62,354 nucleotides of DNA from a virus (taxonomy: Duplodnaviria > Caudoviricetes), in the IMG/VR virus record IMGVR_UViG_3300042868_011200, positions 1-62,354 of that record; one strand, given 5' to 3'. This document shows, in pieces, positions 30,254 to 41,320 of this stretch. Position 1 is the first letter of the stretch, and each line of letters opens with the position of its first letter. Made by a program: the position numbers and the translations under genes. Below the pieces are notes generated by a model. It saw only the letters and a list, made by a program, of their open reading frames with translations. It was not told the origin of the DNA and made no database searches.

Positions 30254-33200
30254 ATGCCCAAGTCTTTTAGGATTAAAACGGATATAGGAGTTAATAAAAC
30301 TATACCTGTAAACCTTGAACAACAATTCGACACCCTTGAAATATTATCTTTGGCTATTTTTCCAAATGACGTTTATCCAAGAAGATGTGCTAATTTTGGA
30401 GTTTTATGCGGTAGAGTTTTTGCAAATAGAGGATTTGGTATCCCAAATGCAAGAATTTCTGTTTTTATACCATTAGATAGTGTTGATGAGGAAGACCCTA
30501 TAATTTCAGTTTTATATCCCTATAAAAGAATTGAGGATTTTAATGAGGATGGTTATAAGTATAATTTATTACCATATACACAATCTCACTCAGGTCACGT
30601 TCCTGTAGGTACTTTTCCCGATAGAAACGATGCTCTAACCAATAAATCAGTTATCGAAGTTTACGACAAGTATTATAAATACACCACAAAAACTAACGAA
30701 TCAGGTGACTATATGATTTTTGGTCTACCTGTTGGTCAACATAGTATTTTTATGCAAGTTGACCTTTCAGATATTGGTGAGTTTTCTTTAACACCACAGG
30801 ATTTAATCCGAATGGGACTTGCTACGGAAACACAAATAGACGGGGTTAAGTTTAAATTCTCAGAAAACTATAGTGAATTACCTCAAATTATAACTATACA
30901 GAAAAACATTCAAGTTGCTCCTTTTTATGGGGAGAAAGATGTTTGTGACCATTACATTGTAAGAACTGACTTTGACCTAACATCAGAAAGTGGGGTAGAA
31001 TTTAAACCAACTGCGGTTTTTATGGGGTCTATTATTTCTCATAGTAATAGAAAAAAAATTAAGAGAAAATGTAAAGTACCCGCTAAAGCTGGTTGGTTAT
31101 GTGATTTAATTACAGGGCCTGGTCAAATTGAATCAATTAGACAGACTATTTTTAATGATGAATTTGGAAGACCAATACTTGAAGAGTTTATTTTAGAAAA
31201 TAGTGGTAAAGTAATCGATGAGAATGGTGCGTGGGTTTTAGAGGTACCAATGAATTTGGATTATGTTTATACCGATGAAGATGGGAAAAAAGTTTTATCA
31301 AATGACCCAAGTTTAGGAGTCCCAACAAGGGGAAAATATAGATTTAAAGTAAAATGGTCTCAATCACCAAGAGTCGGGGAAGAAAATAAAAGAGGATATT
31401 TCTTAGTGCCAAACGTAAAAGAATGGGGATGGGAAGACTCAGGTAGTGAAAATCGTTTTTTATCATCACCATCCTCAAGTAACTGGATAAACACTAGTCC
31501 AACTAAGGCAATTTCTGACACATCTGTTATTTATCCTCCGACAAATGTTGATACTCCTGTTATAGAAACTTTACCATTTGGACTTAGCTCTTACTTTGCA
31601 GTAGGATTTATTTCCGCTCAGAACGTTAGTTTTTTTAGGGTTTTAGTAAATGATGGGACGGATAATTACGTCGAAATACCTGATTATATGACTAATATAC
31701 CAATAGGTATAGTAGGGTTTAGTAATATCAGAATAGAATACTTACCTGAAGACAATGAGGTTGAAAGTATTTTCAATTATAGATTATACGATGAGGGACA
31801 ATTTAAACAAGAATGTTCCTATTCATTTAGTTTAAATTGGAGTGACTATGGTGATGACATTATGATACAGGAAGCAATTGATTGCGAAGATAGATTTTAT
31901 CAAATGACATATAATAAAGTCTATACTGTATCCCAACTAATGGATAGATTTTCATGGCAAACATTCCCCCAAAAAGCGATAGAAATTAAACACGTAACTG
32001 AAAATAGATGTGAGGGAAATTATAACCCATTTCCGGCTAACGATGTTTATTATAGATATGATATACTTTTTATATTATTTAGTTTTGTCCTCAATGTCAT
32101 TATTTTACCTATTGGTATAGTTGTAATAATCGTATTACACGTTCTTGCTTGGTTGTATGGTATTTTCGAAGACTTATACCCTGCTTTTTGTAAATTAAGA
32201 AATGTTGTTAACAGAATAAAATGTAAAATTAATGACTTAATACCTGGTTCTGGGCCATTTGCATGTGAAGCATCTATTAATTGTGATAATGTTCCTCCAA
32301 ATCCATTTAAAAACTTAAAACTTGGTGTTTTTTTATATACTGATGATGGATGTGAAAGATGTAAGTGTAATGTTGAAGGTGTACCAAATTTAAATAGTGA
32401 TATTCAAACTGAGTTACAGAATTATAATCAACAATTTGATAACACTTCTTTATTACCTGACTTCACAACAACTAGTACTTATAATAATCCTGATATTAAT
32501 TTAACAACCCAAGACGGTTATTTGGGATTTTTACAACAAGTTGCTGCCGGAGCGGCAAATGAATATTTTGGTCAAGGGGTATCCGACTGTTATTATCTCC
32601 TACCTTTAGTAAGTGACAGAGCTGACCAAAAAAGAATTCAATTTTCAACTAGTTTAACTTTGGGAGAAAGAATTAATCTATTTAACACCAAAGCAAAATA
32701 TTTTGATAACCCTGGTTCATTAAGTCCTGGTTCAGTAGGTTGGAACCAAATTAAAGTTTCTTGGTGGCCATCAATTAATACAACAGAAGAAGTTGTTGGA
32801 GGTGGGGAAATTATAAGTACAATTAAGAGTCATTATGATAACGTGATGATATTACTTATGGAAAAAGATAGATTAAATGTTGGGGAAATGATTACGTTTC
32901 AAGACCCATCTTTATCTAATGACCCAAACGTTGGGTTTGCTAAAGGGGAATTAAGACAAACGGCAGATATAATCGTTAGATATGCATGTAGAAATTTTGG
33001 AGAAGGAGAATGTCACACTGTTTATACCACACGAAATAATGAGGCGACTATAGCCGATTATTCATTTCCTGGAGACATTGAATATTTACAAGTTATACAT
33101 GAAATACCACTTAGTGCTTTTACTCTCAGTAACTATCAATCAAACGGAATTGCGTCACCTGGATTTGATTTCGACTCCCAAAATAATCAAATTATAAATA

Positions 33201-36200
33201 CTTTCGGTACTTTATCAGATAATATGTTTTCATTACCTTGGAGATTTTTAAATAGTGAATTTAATTCTACTTCAGATATATCTAGAGAAGGTTCATTAAC
33301 TCTTTGTGACCCATCTCAGTTAGGATACAATAGATTTTATACCCAAGAATCTTCCCAAAGCGCCAATACATTTAATCCAGTACAGACACCTTATTATCTT
33401 AATTTAGGAAGAGAATTGTTCACCAACGACTTTCCTATTTTTAATTTAAATAATGAACCATCTTATCAAGGTGTCTCCTATGGCGCTGAGGCAAATGCAT
33501 TTTTACGAAATACTGTTGTTGAATATGGTTATTTTACGCCCGCAACAATGCTTGGACAACCACCATTTCAAGTGGTGGGAGATGACAACGATTTTTATGG
33601 ACAACCACCTGTGGCGTGGAAATATAATACTGGTAAATATGGAGGAATAGTAGGGTATAGTAGTGACATAATTAAAAGCATTAGTGATAGTAATGAATAT
33701 GTTGTATATATCTTACAAAGAGGCGTTGACCCGCACTCACCTAAAATCCCTATGAAAATAGATTTATCTAGATTATTCGGACATCAGGAATATAATGCAA
33801 ACAACGGACGATTGGTCATTGAAGGGGAATTTAGAATGAACATCCCAATTCAGGCTGGAGAATCTGATTCTGACCCTTCAGGTGTTTTATTACCAAGACA
33901 TGGGTTTTTTACTAATAATAGTTCACAAACCTTTGAAGGTAGAATATACTACCGAAGTTATTTCTTTAGACCAGACTCAACAGGAATTAATGCTTATTCT
34001 GCATATACAACTAATATGCCTTTATATTACTCGGCATTAGACATTAACTCTATATGGAATTCAGGGTTGTGGGGAAATTGTACAGGTCCAGGACCCTTTT
34101 ATAAAATAAATACAGAAACTTTTGATGGACAAACCCCTGAATTTGTTAGAATTACGCCTACAAATGCAATGACGGGAAGATTTGTTCCAAATACCGTTTT
34201 AAATCCGTATACAGATAATGATACCGATACAGTTGAATGTATACCTGATTATGTATCAAACAGTAATGCGACTTACGGCGAATTTGGTAAAAGAGTACAA
34301 AATGTATATATACCACCAAATAAATGGGAGGCAGCATCTCTAACTAGAAGGTATTTGGGAGGGTATTTTGAATCTGAATATATTGAAGGGGCTTCAGTTA
34401 TGGGGATGACATTTCAAACAATCTCACCACAAGGGACTGGTAAATTTTTAGGATTTAGAGCTCAAGTAAGCTCAACATCCATTATCGACCCTCCAAACCC
34501 AACTACTTTTTTAATTAGCGACTGTGGAGATTGTAGTTACCCAAAATATAAGTTTGATACCAACCCTTACGCAGATAACTATGGATATTTTTCTCCAACT
34601 TATATAACATCACATCCAATTAATGATACTGATAATCCTGATGCACTTGCTTGGGTTAATACTGCTCATACCATAAACATGAGTAATGAAGATTTTATTG
34701 TTTTTAGAACAGATAGATTACCTACCTCGACAACAGTTACCAAAAATAGTAGAGGAAATGGTTATTTATTGCATCAAAATAACAGTTTTGCAATATTTTC
34801 TTTTGGTACTGGAACAACTGAAAACACTGCAACTCAAATAGGTGGATATCCTATTCCTGAACAGGCAAATATAAGTGAAATAGATACTAATGAAATTCCT
34901 GTAGATGATGAGAATGTTACAAATAGTTTAATTGAGTGTACCTCAGCAGTAAACTTAAATAGTTACGGAGTTGACGCCGATGGAAATCCCCTTATACGAC
35001 CTAATGACCCATATTCAGCTCAAGGAGATAAAGTTTATTTTAGACGTGATATGGGATGTTATAATTTTGTATCAGTACCATTTAAGACAATTAAAGGGAC
35101 GCCCACCGAATCAGGGGGAGGAGGTGATATTGCTTCTTTAGTTGAGTGGGTTAGAAGAACTACTTTAAATTTCTCTTTATGTTTTGAAGTTTGGTCACAC
35201 ACGTTTTCAAACAACTGGATTAATGGAACTTTATATGCATACCCATTCCAACTTGCAACATTTTTTGATGCGAATAACGAACCGACTAGAGATTATTGCA
35301 GACACGTAGTTTATTTTCATCAACCAAATAACACTTTTTATTATAGAAGTAGCCCTTGGGATGGAAATGATTTTATTGGTAAAGATAATCCTAATTTGAT
35401 ACCAGGGTTCTCCAATAAAAAATACGGAAATAGAAAAAATCTTTTATACCCAACCACATTATTAGACTTAGGACCTAAAACAAATTACCTTCAGGAATTA
35501 GTATATTCAGATGAATATGATGGATATATTGTATCTAAAATACCTACAACTAGTTTCCAAAATATAACAGATTTACTTAATATGTTTGTATTAAGTCGAT
35601 TGGTAAATACCAGCTTTTTACAACAATTATTACCACTTAATGATAGTGGTAATTCTGAAGGAGCAGATGACCCATCAGTTAAAGGATTTTTTGCTAATAC
35701 TCGTTGGGGAAATGGTCAAACATTTTTCAATAACCTATTACCATCAGTTGTTGATGCAGATTATGCTCAAATGCTTTCTATTAATTCTGAATTTGGTATA
35801 ACAGAATACGGACCTGAATTATATACTAATAATGATGTATTCTTTGTTAATGATAACAATTCAAATTCAGTATTTGGAATCTTGTTTCAGTCAAATAACC
35901 AAGATAGGGACTATGTTTCACCAAGAAGAACTATATGGAACGATAACTCTCCATTCCCACCAATACCTGGAGACTTTACTAATATTTCAGTAAATTCACA
36001 AGAAGTTCCACTATATCAATGGAGAATACAATATCAAAATAATAATACAAATTTTGACCCATTGCAATACCCTACAATATTTGGATGGCAATCAAATGAT
36101 TTTTGGACAAGCTCACCTGATTCAGCACCAGATACTTTAGGTGGAGGAACTATTTTTACTTCAGGATTTTTCTATAGCAAATATCAAAAATTAGATAGAT

Positions 36201-36466
36201 TTGATAATATATCTGAGTATTTTAAAACTGATATCACAAATATTACTAAGTATTATAGAGGACATATAATTAATTTTATGTCAGTAACGGCCGAAGATGG
36301 GACAATAACTTATGAGAAAACTGCTAAGGCTCCGTTGTTGGAAAATAGAAGGTACGCAAATACTTTTGGAGGTCCATTCCACTTTTATTTTGGTCTAATA
36401 CAAGGGGCTAGTGCGATGGATATATTTAGAACTAAATACGTAGACACCAATATAATATATGAATGA
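30254..36466 (+). CDS. Very large putative virion/baseplate protein with N-terminal carboxypeptidase-regulatory-like beta domain and a hydrophobic segment
   Basis: GRV...GIPNARISVF...TKTNESGDYMIFGLPVG pattern; about 35 hydrophobic residues near aa 604-638; baseplate context. Confidence 0.55.
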   Translation: MPKSFRIKTDIGVNKTIPVNLEQQFDTLEILSLAIFPNDVYPRRCANFGVLCGRVFANRGFGIPNARISVFIPLDSVDEEDPIISVLYPYKRIEDFNEDGYKYNLLPYTQSHSGHVPVGTFPDRNDALTNKSVIEVYDKYYKYTTKTNESGDYMIFGLPVGQHSIFMQVDLSDIGEFSLTPQDLIRMGLATETQIDGVKFKFSENYSELPQIITIQKNIQVAPFYGEKDVCDHYIVRTDFDLTSESGVEFKPTAVFMGSIISHSNRKKIKRKCKVPAKAGWLCDLITGPGQIESIRQTIFNDEFGRPILEEFILENSGKVIDENGAWVLEVPMNLDYVYTDEDGKKVLSNDPSLGVPTRGKYRFKVKWSQSPRVGEENKRGYFLVPNVKEWGWEDSGSENRFLSSPSSSNWINTSPTKAISDTSVIYPPTNVDTPVIETLPFGLSSYFAVGFISAQNVSFFRVLVNDGTDNYVEIPDYMTNIPIGIVGFSNIRIEYLPEDNEVESIFNYRLYDEGQFKQECSYSFSLNWSDYGDDIMIQEAIDCEDRFYQMTYNKVYTVSQLMDRFSWQTFPQKAIEIKHVTENRCEGNYNPFPANDVYYRYDILFILFSFVLNVIILPIGIVVIIVLHVLAWLYGIFEDLYPAFCKLRNVVNRIKCKINDLIPGSGPFACEASINCDNVPPNPFKNLKLGVFLYTDDGCERCKCNVEGVPNLNSDIQTELQNYNQQFDNTSLLPDFTTTSTYNNPDINLTTQDGYLGFLQQVAAGAANEYFGQGVSDCYYLLPLVSDRADQKRIQFSTSLTLGERINLFNTKAKYFDNPGSLSPGSVGWNQIKVSWWPSINTTEEVVGGGEIISTIKSHYDNVMILLMEKDRLNVGEMITFQDPSLSNDPNVGFAKGELRQTADIIVRYACRNFGEGECHTVYTTRNNEATIADYSFPGDIEYLQVIHEIPLSAFTLSNYQSNGIASPGFDFDSQNNQIINTFGTLSDNMFSLPWRFLNSEFNSTSDISREGSLTLCDPSQLGYNRFYTQESSQSANTFNPVQTPYYLNLGRELFTNDFPIFNLNNEPSYQGVSYGAEANAFLRNTVVEYGYFTPATMLGQPPFQVVGDDNDFYGQPPVAWKYNTGKYGGIVGYSSDIIKSISDSNEYVVYILQRGVDPHSPKIPMKIDLSRLFGHQEYNANNGRLVIEGEFRMNIPIQAGESDSDPSGVLLPRHGFFTNNSSQTFEGRIYYRSYFFRPDSTGINAYSAYTTNMPLYYSALDINSIWNSGLWGNCTGPGPFYKINTETFDGQTPEFVRITPTNAMTGRFVPNTVLNPYTDNDTDTVECIPDYVSNSNATYGEFGKRVQNVYIPPNKWEAASLTRRYLGGYFESEYIEGASVMGMTFQTISPQGTGKFLGFRAQVSSTSIIDPPNPTTFLISDCGDCSYPKYKFDTNPYADNYGYFSPTYITSHPINDTDNPDALAWVNTAHTINMSNEDFIVFRTDRLPTSTTVTKNSRGNGYLLHQNNSFAIFSFGTGTTENTATQIGGYPIPEQANISEIDTNEIPVDDENVTNSLIECTSAVNLNSYGVDADGNPLIRPNDPYSAQGDKVYFRRDMGCYNFVSVPFKTIKGTPTESGGGGDIASLVEWVRRTTLNFSLCFEVWSHTFSNNWINGTLYAYPFQLATFFDANNEPTRDYCRHVVYFHQPNNTFYYRSSPWDGNDFIGKDNPNLIPGFSNKKYGNRKNLLYPTTLLDLGPKTNYLQELVYSDEYDGYIVSKIPTTSFQNITDLLNMFVLSRLVNTSFLQQLLPLNDSGNSEGADDPSVKGFFANTRWGNGQTFFNNLLPSVVDADYAQMLSINSEFGITEYGPELYTNNDVFFVNDNNSNSVFGILFQSNNQDRDYVSPRRTIWNDNSPFPPIPGDFTNISVNSQEVPLYQWRIQYQNNNTNFDPLQYPTIFGWQSNDFWTSSPDSAPDTLGGGTIFTSGFFYSKYQKLDRFDNISEYFKTDITNITKYYRGHIINFMSVTAEDGTITYEKTAKAPLLENRRYANTFGGPFHFYFGLIQGASAMDIFRTKYVDTNIIYE

Positions 36467-38246
36467 TTTAGGTAAAATAGAGTTTTTAAGAGGTAGTGCT
36501 AGGTATCAGAGAGCCCCTGAAAAGGGTATATCTGTACAAATACCAATTAGTGGTAAACAAAAAGAGATAGACGAATTTCAAAGAACTCTTAGTGTTAATT
36601 TGGCGGAAGTCTATAATATGGAAAGAGCTAAATCTCAAATTTTTGAACCTACATGTAAGATACAATTGTTTTTTTCTAATTCATATAGTGGAGCGGCAAT
36701 CAATGCTGGAAACATTTATCAACCATTTAATAATTTTTTATATTATATCACTCCTGAATTAACAAAACAAAATCAGATAAATTCAGTTAACCCTATTCCA
36801 TGGCCAGGATTTCCACAATATAACGAGTTTAATTTTATAAGAACAGATTTAAACACTTTAGGTTATACCTTAGGACCAGGGGCTCATAAAGTTTTAGAAG
36901 CAAGATTTGCTAACAAATATAATTGGAATTATTATCTCAGTTATGCATATGAGAACGATACCCAAAGAAGTTTGTCATATGATTTTAAAAATGGGCTTGG
37001 CCCTATAAGTTGGAAACCTGAAGATGGATTACCATATATTATGGAACAAGTTGAGTTTGAAGGGAAAACTCTATGGCAATTTACCTGTCCAATGAACCAT
37101 AATATGCAAAATAGTGACTACGTCCAATTTTCAAACGTTTCAATTGTTAATTCTATAGGGACTATCACAAATGCAAATTATATATTTAAAATATATAGTT
37201 TTGGAAACGGTAAATATAATTCAGAAAAAAGAATTTTTAATATATTAGATATAGGATATTATCAAAATGTTGCAAATTCATTTTCTCCTGGTAAAACAGG
37301 ATTTTTCCATAGAATTTTAGATGTTAAAAATCCAGTGGAATCTAAATCTTCCTATTATATTAGAAAACACAAAATAATTACTAATTCTGAAAATTCAATT
37401 TTAACCTTCACAGCATTTGAACAAAACGCATTTAGAACCGTTAAAAGATATGAGTCAAAGGAGTTAACCCCAAATTTGCAAGCAAGGATTTCAGTTAAAG
37501 AAGATTCACAAACTTATAACTTATCATTTGATAACCCGTTTAATATTAACGGATTACTTGATAATCAAAAAAGACCATTATCTGATTTATATTTCACAAT
37601 TGTAAACCGAGGATATTTTGGATACTTTAACCCTCCAAATATTTTCAATAAAGCTTTAAAAGTTGGATGGGAGTTTAATATTGATACTACACCTACGACA
37701 TGGTGGGAAAGGAACAACCCAAATTCGGACGTTGATTTACTAACAGAACGTTATTTTAATCGAGGAATTTCTTTTAGATATAATAAGAATTTTGTTTCAG
37801 GAGATACTATAGATGGGCCTTTTTGCGAGTGGAATAACCTAACACAAACTGAAACAGTATTATCTGAAACTTTTCACAAGTTTGTTTTTAACCAACAGGT
37901 TTTTAATATTAATTCAAATGTCAACAATCCTTTCGGATACTATTATAATCCTTTTTTAAAACTGGGTATAAAATATTTTTCGGACTACATAGAGGAGGGT
38001 GATTTTTATTCAACAGAGTTCGCACCTAACTATGCATACTTTTCAAGATTTAGAAATAAATTGATATGGAGAGATTTATACGACTATGGATATGTGGATG
38101 AGAATGGAGGTGGTATAGATTTTCCTTTTTTAAATGGAAAACATTACCCATTTGATAATTTTATATTTAGGGTAATACCTGAAGGTTCAAACATATCGGC
38201 AATAATAACAGAAGTAAAAGACCCAATTATAGATGAATGTGAATAA
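36459..38246 (+). CDS. Putative structural protein
   Basis: 595 aa, overlapping neighbours within the baseplate operon. Confidence 0.6.
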   Translation: MNDLGKIEFLRGSARYQRAPEKGISVQIPISGKQKEIDEFQRTLSVNLAEVYNMERAKSQIFEPTCKIQLFFSNSYSGAAINAGNIYQPFNNFLYYITPELTKQNQINSVNPIPWPGFPQYNEFNFIRTDLNTLGYTLGPGAHKVLEARFANKYNWNYYLSYAYENDTQRSLSYDFKNGLGPISWKPEDGLPYIMEQVEFEGKTLWQFTCPMNHNMQNSDYVQFSNVSIVNSIGTITNANYIFKIYSFGNGKYNSEKRIFNILDIGYYQNVANSFSPGKTGFFHRILDVKNPVESKSSYYIRKHKIITNSENSILTFTAFEQNAFRTVKRYESKELTPNLQARISVKEDSQTYNLSFDNPFNINGLLDNQKRPLSDLYFTIVNRGYFGYFNPPNIFNKALKVGWEFNIDTTPTTWWERNNPNSDVDLLTERYFNRGISFRYNKNFVSGDTIDGPFCEWNNLTQTETVLSETFHKFVFNQQVFNINSNVNNPFGYYYNPFLKLGIKYFSDYIEEGDFYSTEFAPNYAYFSRFRNKLIWRDLYDYGYVDENGGGIDFPFLNGKHYPFDNFIFRVIPEGSNISAIITEVKDPIIDECE

Positions 38247-39303
38247 AATTAAAATATTAAATACCCCTGGTGATAAGACTATAGTTGTTCCATTATCAAT
38301 GAATTGGGATTTAGAAAATAGGGAGGATGCTATTGTATTAGAACAGGATAAAATTATAGAAAAAATAGTTGGAACCCCCACAAACTACGAACTACAAAGA
38401 TTCTCAAAAGTACCAACTGATGATGGGACTTCCCAAGGATATACTTTTAACTTTATTAATCCTTCTACAAACGCATGGGAACCAACTTATTTAGTTAGAT
38501 TTAGTGAATCTGAAGTTAGATATTTTTCAAACCAATTTAAGAAATCATTTTTTAAATTGGATTTGTTTGATACTATGGACCCCAAAAAACAAAAAAATTA
38601 TTTATCAATAATATTACCAACATCAATAAGTACCGAATTATTATCTGATGGTACCATAAATTGTGAATCTGTTTTATTTAATAATATTTCAGAAAATAGA
38701 TTTGACATAAACAGAAGAATTCCAGTAATTTTTATTAATTATACAGATTGTTGTGGAGTTGTTCAGTCACAAAATATTACAAATGTTTTATATACATGTG
38801 TAAAACCTGACCAACCAATAACTTATTCAGGGTATGTTTTAAATTTAAATAATAATACTACTGTTGATTTTACGGGACCAATTGATTTAACTGGTGCTAT
38901 AACTAATTTTTATGTCACAAATGGAAATTTAGGAACTTGTGAATGTAATCCTGAATCAGTTCCTGTTGCAAAACCACCAAATTTAACTTATCCTAATTTT
39001 AATTTAGACCACATAGGGAATCGAGAATCATATTATATCTATTGGTATCAAAATGAATCTTTAATTGGGTTAAATACTTTTTATATGACGGCTAAGTTTT
39101 TTGATGGGACTAATGGAGCGTTTACAAGATTTACAACAGTTGAACAACCAGCAAGTTCACCTTTTACAATACCAAATGAAAACTTATATTATAAAGTAAT
39201 TTTAGATTACACTAATAATTATTACAGAATATGTAATGTTAATTTTACCACCCCATTATCAGATGTGGTTTGGTATGAATATAAAAATCCGCCAAAACCA
39301 TAA
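38233..39303 (+). CDS. Putative structural protein
   Basis: 356 aa, overlapping/coupled ORF. Confidence 0.6.
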   Translation: MNVNKIKILNTPGDKTIVVPLSMNWDLENREDAIVLEQDKIIEKIVGTPTNYELQRFSKVPTDDGTSQGYTFNFINPSTNAWEPTYLVRFSESEVRYFSNQFKKSFFKLDLFDTMDPKKQKNYLSIILPTSISTELLSDGTINCESVLFNNISENRFDINRRIPVIFINYTDCCGVVQSQNITNVLYTCVKPDQPITYSGYVLNLNNNTTVDFTGPIDLTGAITNFYVTNGNLGTCECNPESVPVAKPPNLTYPNFNLDHIGNRESYYIYWYQNESLIGLNTFYMTAKFFDGTNGAFTRFTTVEQPASSPFTIPNENLYYKVILDYTNNYYRICNVNFTTPLSDVVWYEYKNPPKP

Positions 39304-40391
39304 TGGACATAACTAAAATTAAAATATCGCCAGAAGTTCTAAGAAAAGATATAAGTAATGAAACTTATGATGGGTTTTCTTTTGGAGTATATTCAGGGTT
39401 AACAAAAATACTATCAGGAGGAATTAATGGACAATCTCTACTTGATTTAACTATACCTATATTACTTAAACAAACACATGAGGACATAGGATACTACTCA
39501 CCATTTGATGGTAACATTCTACAATTGGACTCAAGAGTGAATTTTATTTTTACAGCTGATACCTTATCACCACAAGTGATATGTATTTCAAATACTTCTG
39601 ACACATCTTTAACTTATTTAGATGAAACAAATTATCAGGTTAATTGGGGAGATGGAAATGCAATAGAAAGCGTAACTACTTTTTTTCCCGAATCAGTTTG
39701 TCATTTTTATAATTATGATGGTGATTCGCAATCATTTACAATATCTTTCACAGGTTCAAATAATATAGGTTTATTTATTGTTGAGAAAAAAATAACTATA
39801 CCATATATAATGGATTCATATGATAATCCATATGGTAAAGTAAATTTCGTTTCAAATAACGGGTCGTGGGCCGAAAGTCCTACTTACCAAGATTATATCT
39901 ACCCATTTGATGCTGATAATACTATTTCAGGACAAGTCAGTTCTAATTTTGTTTCAGTACCTTTTATTATCACAGGATATAGTGAGTCTAAATTAAATGA
40001 TTTAAAAGGATTTGGTATAAATCCGTTTATTGTTGGTAGAAAAATTACATTAGATGATGGTACTATTGGTGAAGTAACATTCATTGACCCATCATATACG
40101 GCATATACTATTAATGACCTTAGTTATTTAGATTTTACAGGTAATACTACAATTTTTGTGGCAAGTTCATCTGGTTTGACATCAGAAATGTTAACACAAT
40201 CGGCTATTACAAAATTTGAGTATTTAATGAACATTATTGAGGAGCCAGAAATACAAACAAATGTATTTATTGAAAGAGGAAAAAATTCAGGACTAGAATC
40301 ATTTAGAAGAATTGGTGAAGTTTCTAATATCATCAGTTTGGAAAATTATGGTTACGGGTTTTTTGGATTAAGAAATTATAATGATATATAA
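39303..40391 (+). CDS. Putative structural protein with PKD-like motif
   Basis: YQVNWGDG...H.Y PKD-like pattern; TAATG coupling. Confidence 0.55.
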   Translation: MDITKIKISPEVLRKDISNETYDGFSFGVYSGLTKILSGGINGQSLLDLTIPILLKQTHEDIGYYSPFDGNILQLDSRVNFIFTADTLSPQVICISNTSDTSLTYLDETNYQVNWGDGNAIESVTTFFPESVCHFYNYDGDSQSFTISFTGSNNIGLFIVEKKITIPYIMDSYDNPYGKVNFVSNNGSWAESPTYQDYIYPFDADNTISGQVSSNFVSVPFIITGYSESKLNDLKGFGINPFIVGRKITLDDGTIGEVTFIDPSYTAYTINDLSYLDFTGNTTIFVASSSGLTSEMLTQSAITKFEYLMNIIEEPEIQTNVFIERGKNSGLESFRRIGEVSNIISLENYGYGFFGLRNYNDI

Positions 40392-40411
40392 ATTAACAAA
40401 ATAACTAAAAA

Positions 40412-41320
40412 GTGGCAACTGGAAATTATGGCGTAGTAAGACCTTCAGACGTAAGTCCTGAAGACGTTGAAATTATCTTACATTATGTTCCATCTAGAGA
40501 TGAGACTACTAATTTTACACTTACAAAATTAGATTCACTACAATACCTAAGGCCTTACTTTAACAATGATGCTATTGGTGGTACCACGTCAGAACTTTTG
40601 GGTGGTCTATATAATCTAACATTACCCGCAGATGAATTTAATGCGTTGGGGATTTATACATTGTATTTTAGACCCGCTCAAATTAGAACAAAAATAAATG
40701 ATTGTGGAGTACTATCATCATCTCCAAACGTAAAAGGAATTATAATAAACATACAAGATGTTCCATCAGAATATCGAAATAAATTTATTAATCAGGGATT
40801 AGTTGGATTTAGGGTTGAATACTTAAATTCTGACGGAACTAAAGTTCCCAACTTTTATAGAGTAATAACTTCTTCATTTTATTGTGAACCTGTTACTATA
40901 AATTTGACTAATACCTTACAAAATTCAATTAGATACAGGTATTCGGAAGGCTCATCCAATTTAATTTTTTGCACATTAACACCTTCATCATCACCATCTA
41001 CAAAACCTAATGCAACTCCATTTATTGGTAACCCAAATCAAAGTATTATAATTACAAATACATTTTTTGACCCATCAGTAGTTGAGGTAGAAATTGTTGA
41101 ACATGATGCGTCAACATTGGCAATTGCTCTTTATGGTAACCAAACTAAATCAATTGAGGATGGTATCTACACTATTTACGATAACAGTAATAATATATAC
41201 AGACAATATAACTTATACGAAATCAGAGACCAATATAATGAATTGTTGTATGAAGTACGCCAAGATAGAGGCACTAACATAGATTTTAGTAAAAACTTCC
41301 AAAATATAATTTCAACATGA
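40412..41320 (+). CDS. Putative structural protein
   Basis: 302 aa, GTG start, ATGA overlap with the next gene. Confidence 0.6.
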   Translation: MATGNYGVVRPSDVSPEDVEIILHYVPSRDETTNFTLTKLDSLQYLRPYFNNDAIGGTTSELLGGLYNLTLPADEFNALGIYTLYFRPAQIRTKINDCGVLSSSPNVKGIIINIQDVPSEYRNKFINQGLVGFRVEYLNSDGTKVPNFYRVITSSFYCEPVTINLTNTLQNSIRYRYSEGSSNLIFCTLTPSSSPSTKPNATPFIGNPNQSIIITNTFFDPSVVEVEIVEHDASTLAIALYGNQTKSIEDGIYTIYDNSNNIYRQYNLYEIRDQYNELLYEVRQDRGTNIDFSKNFQNIIST

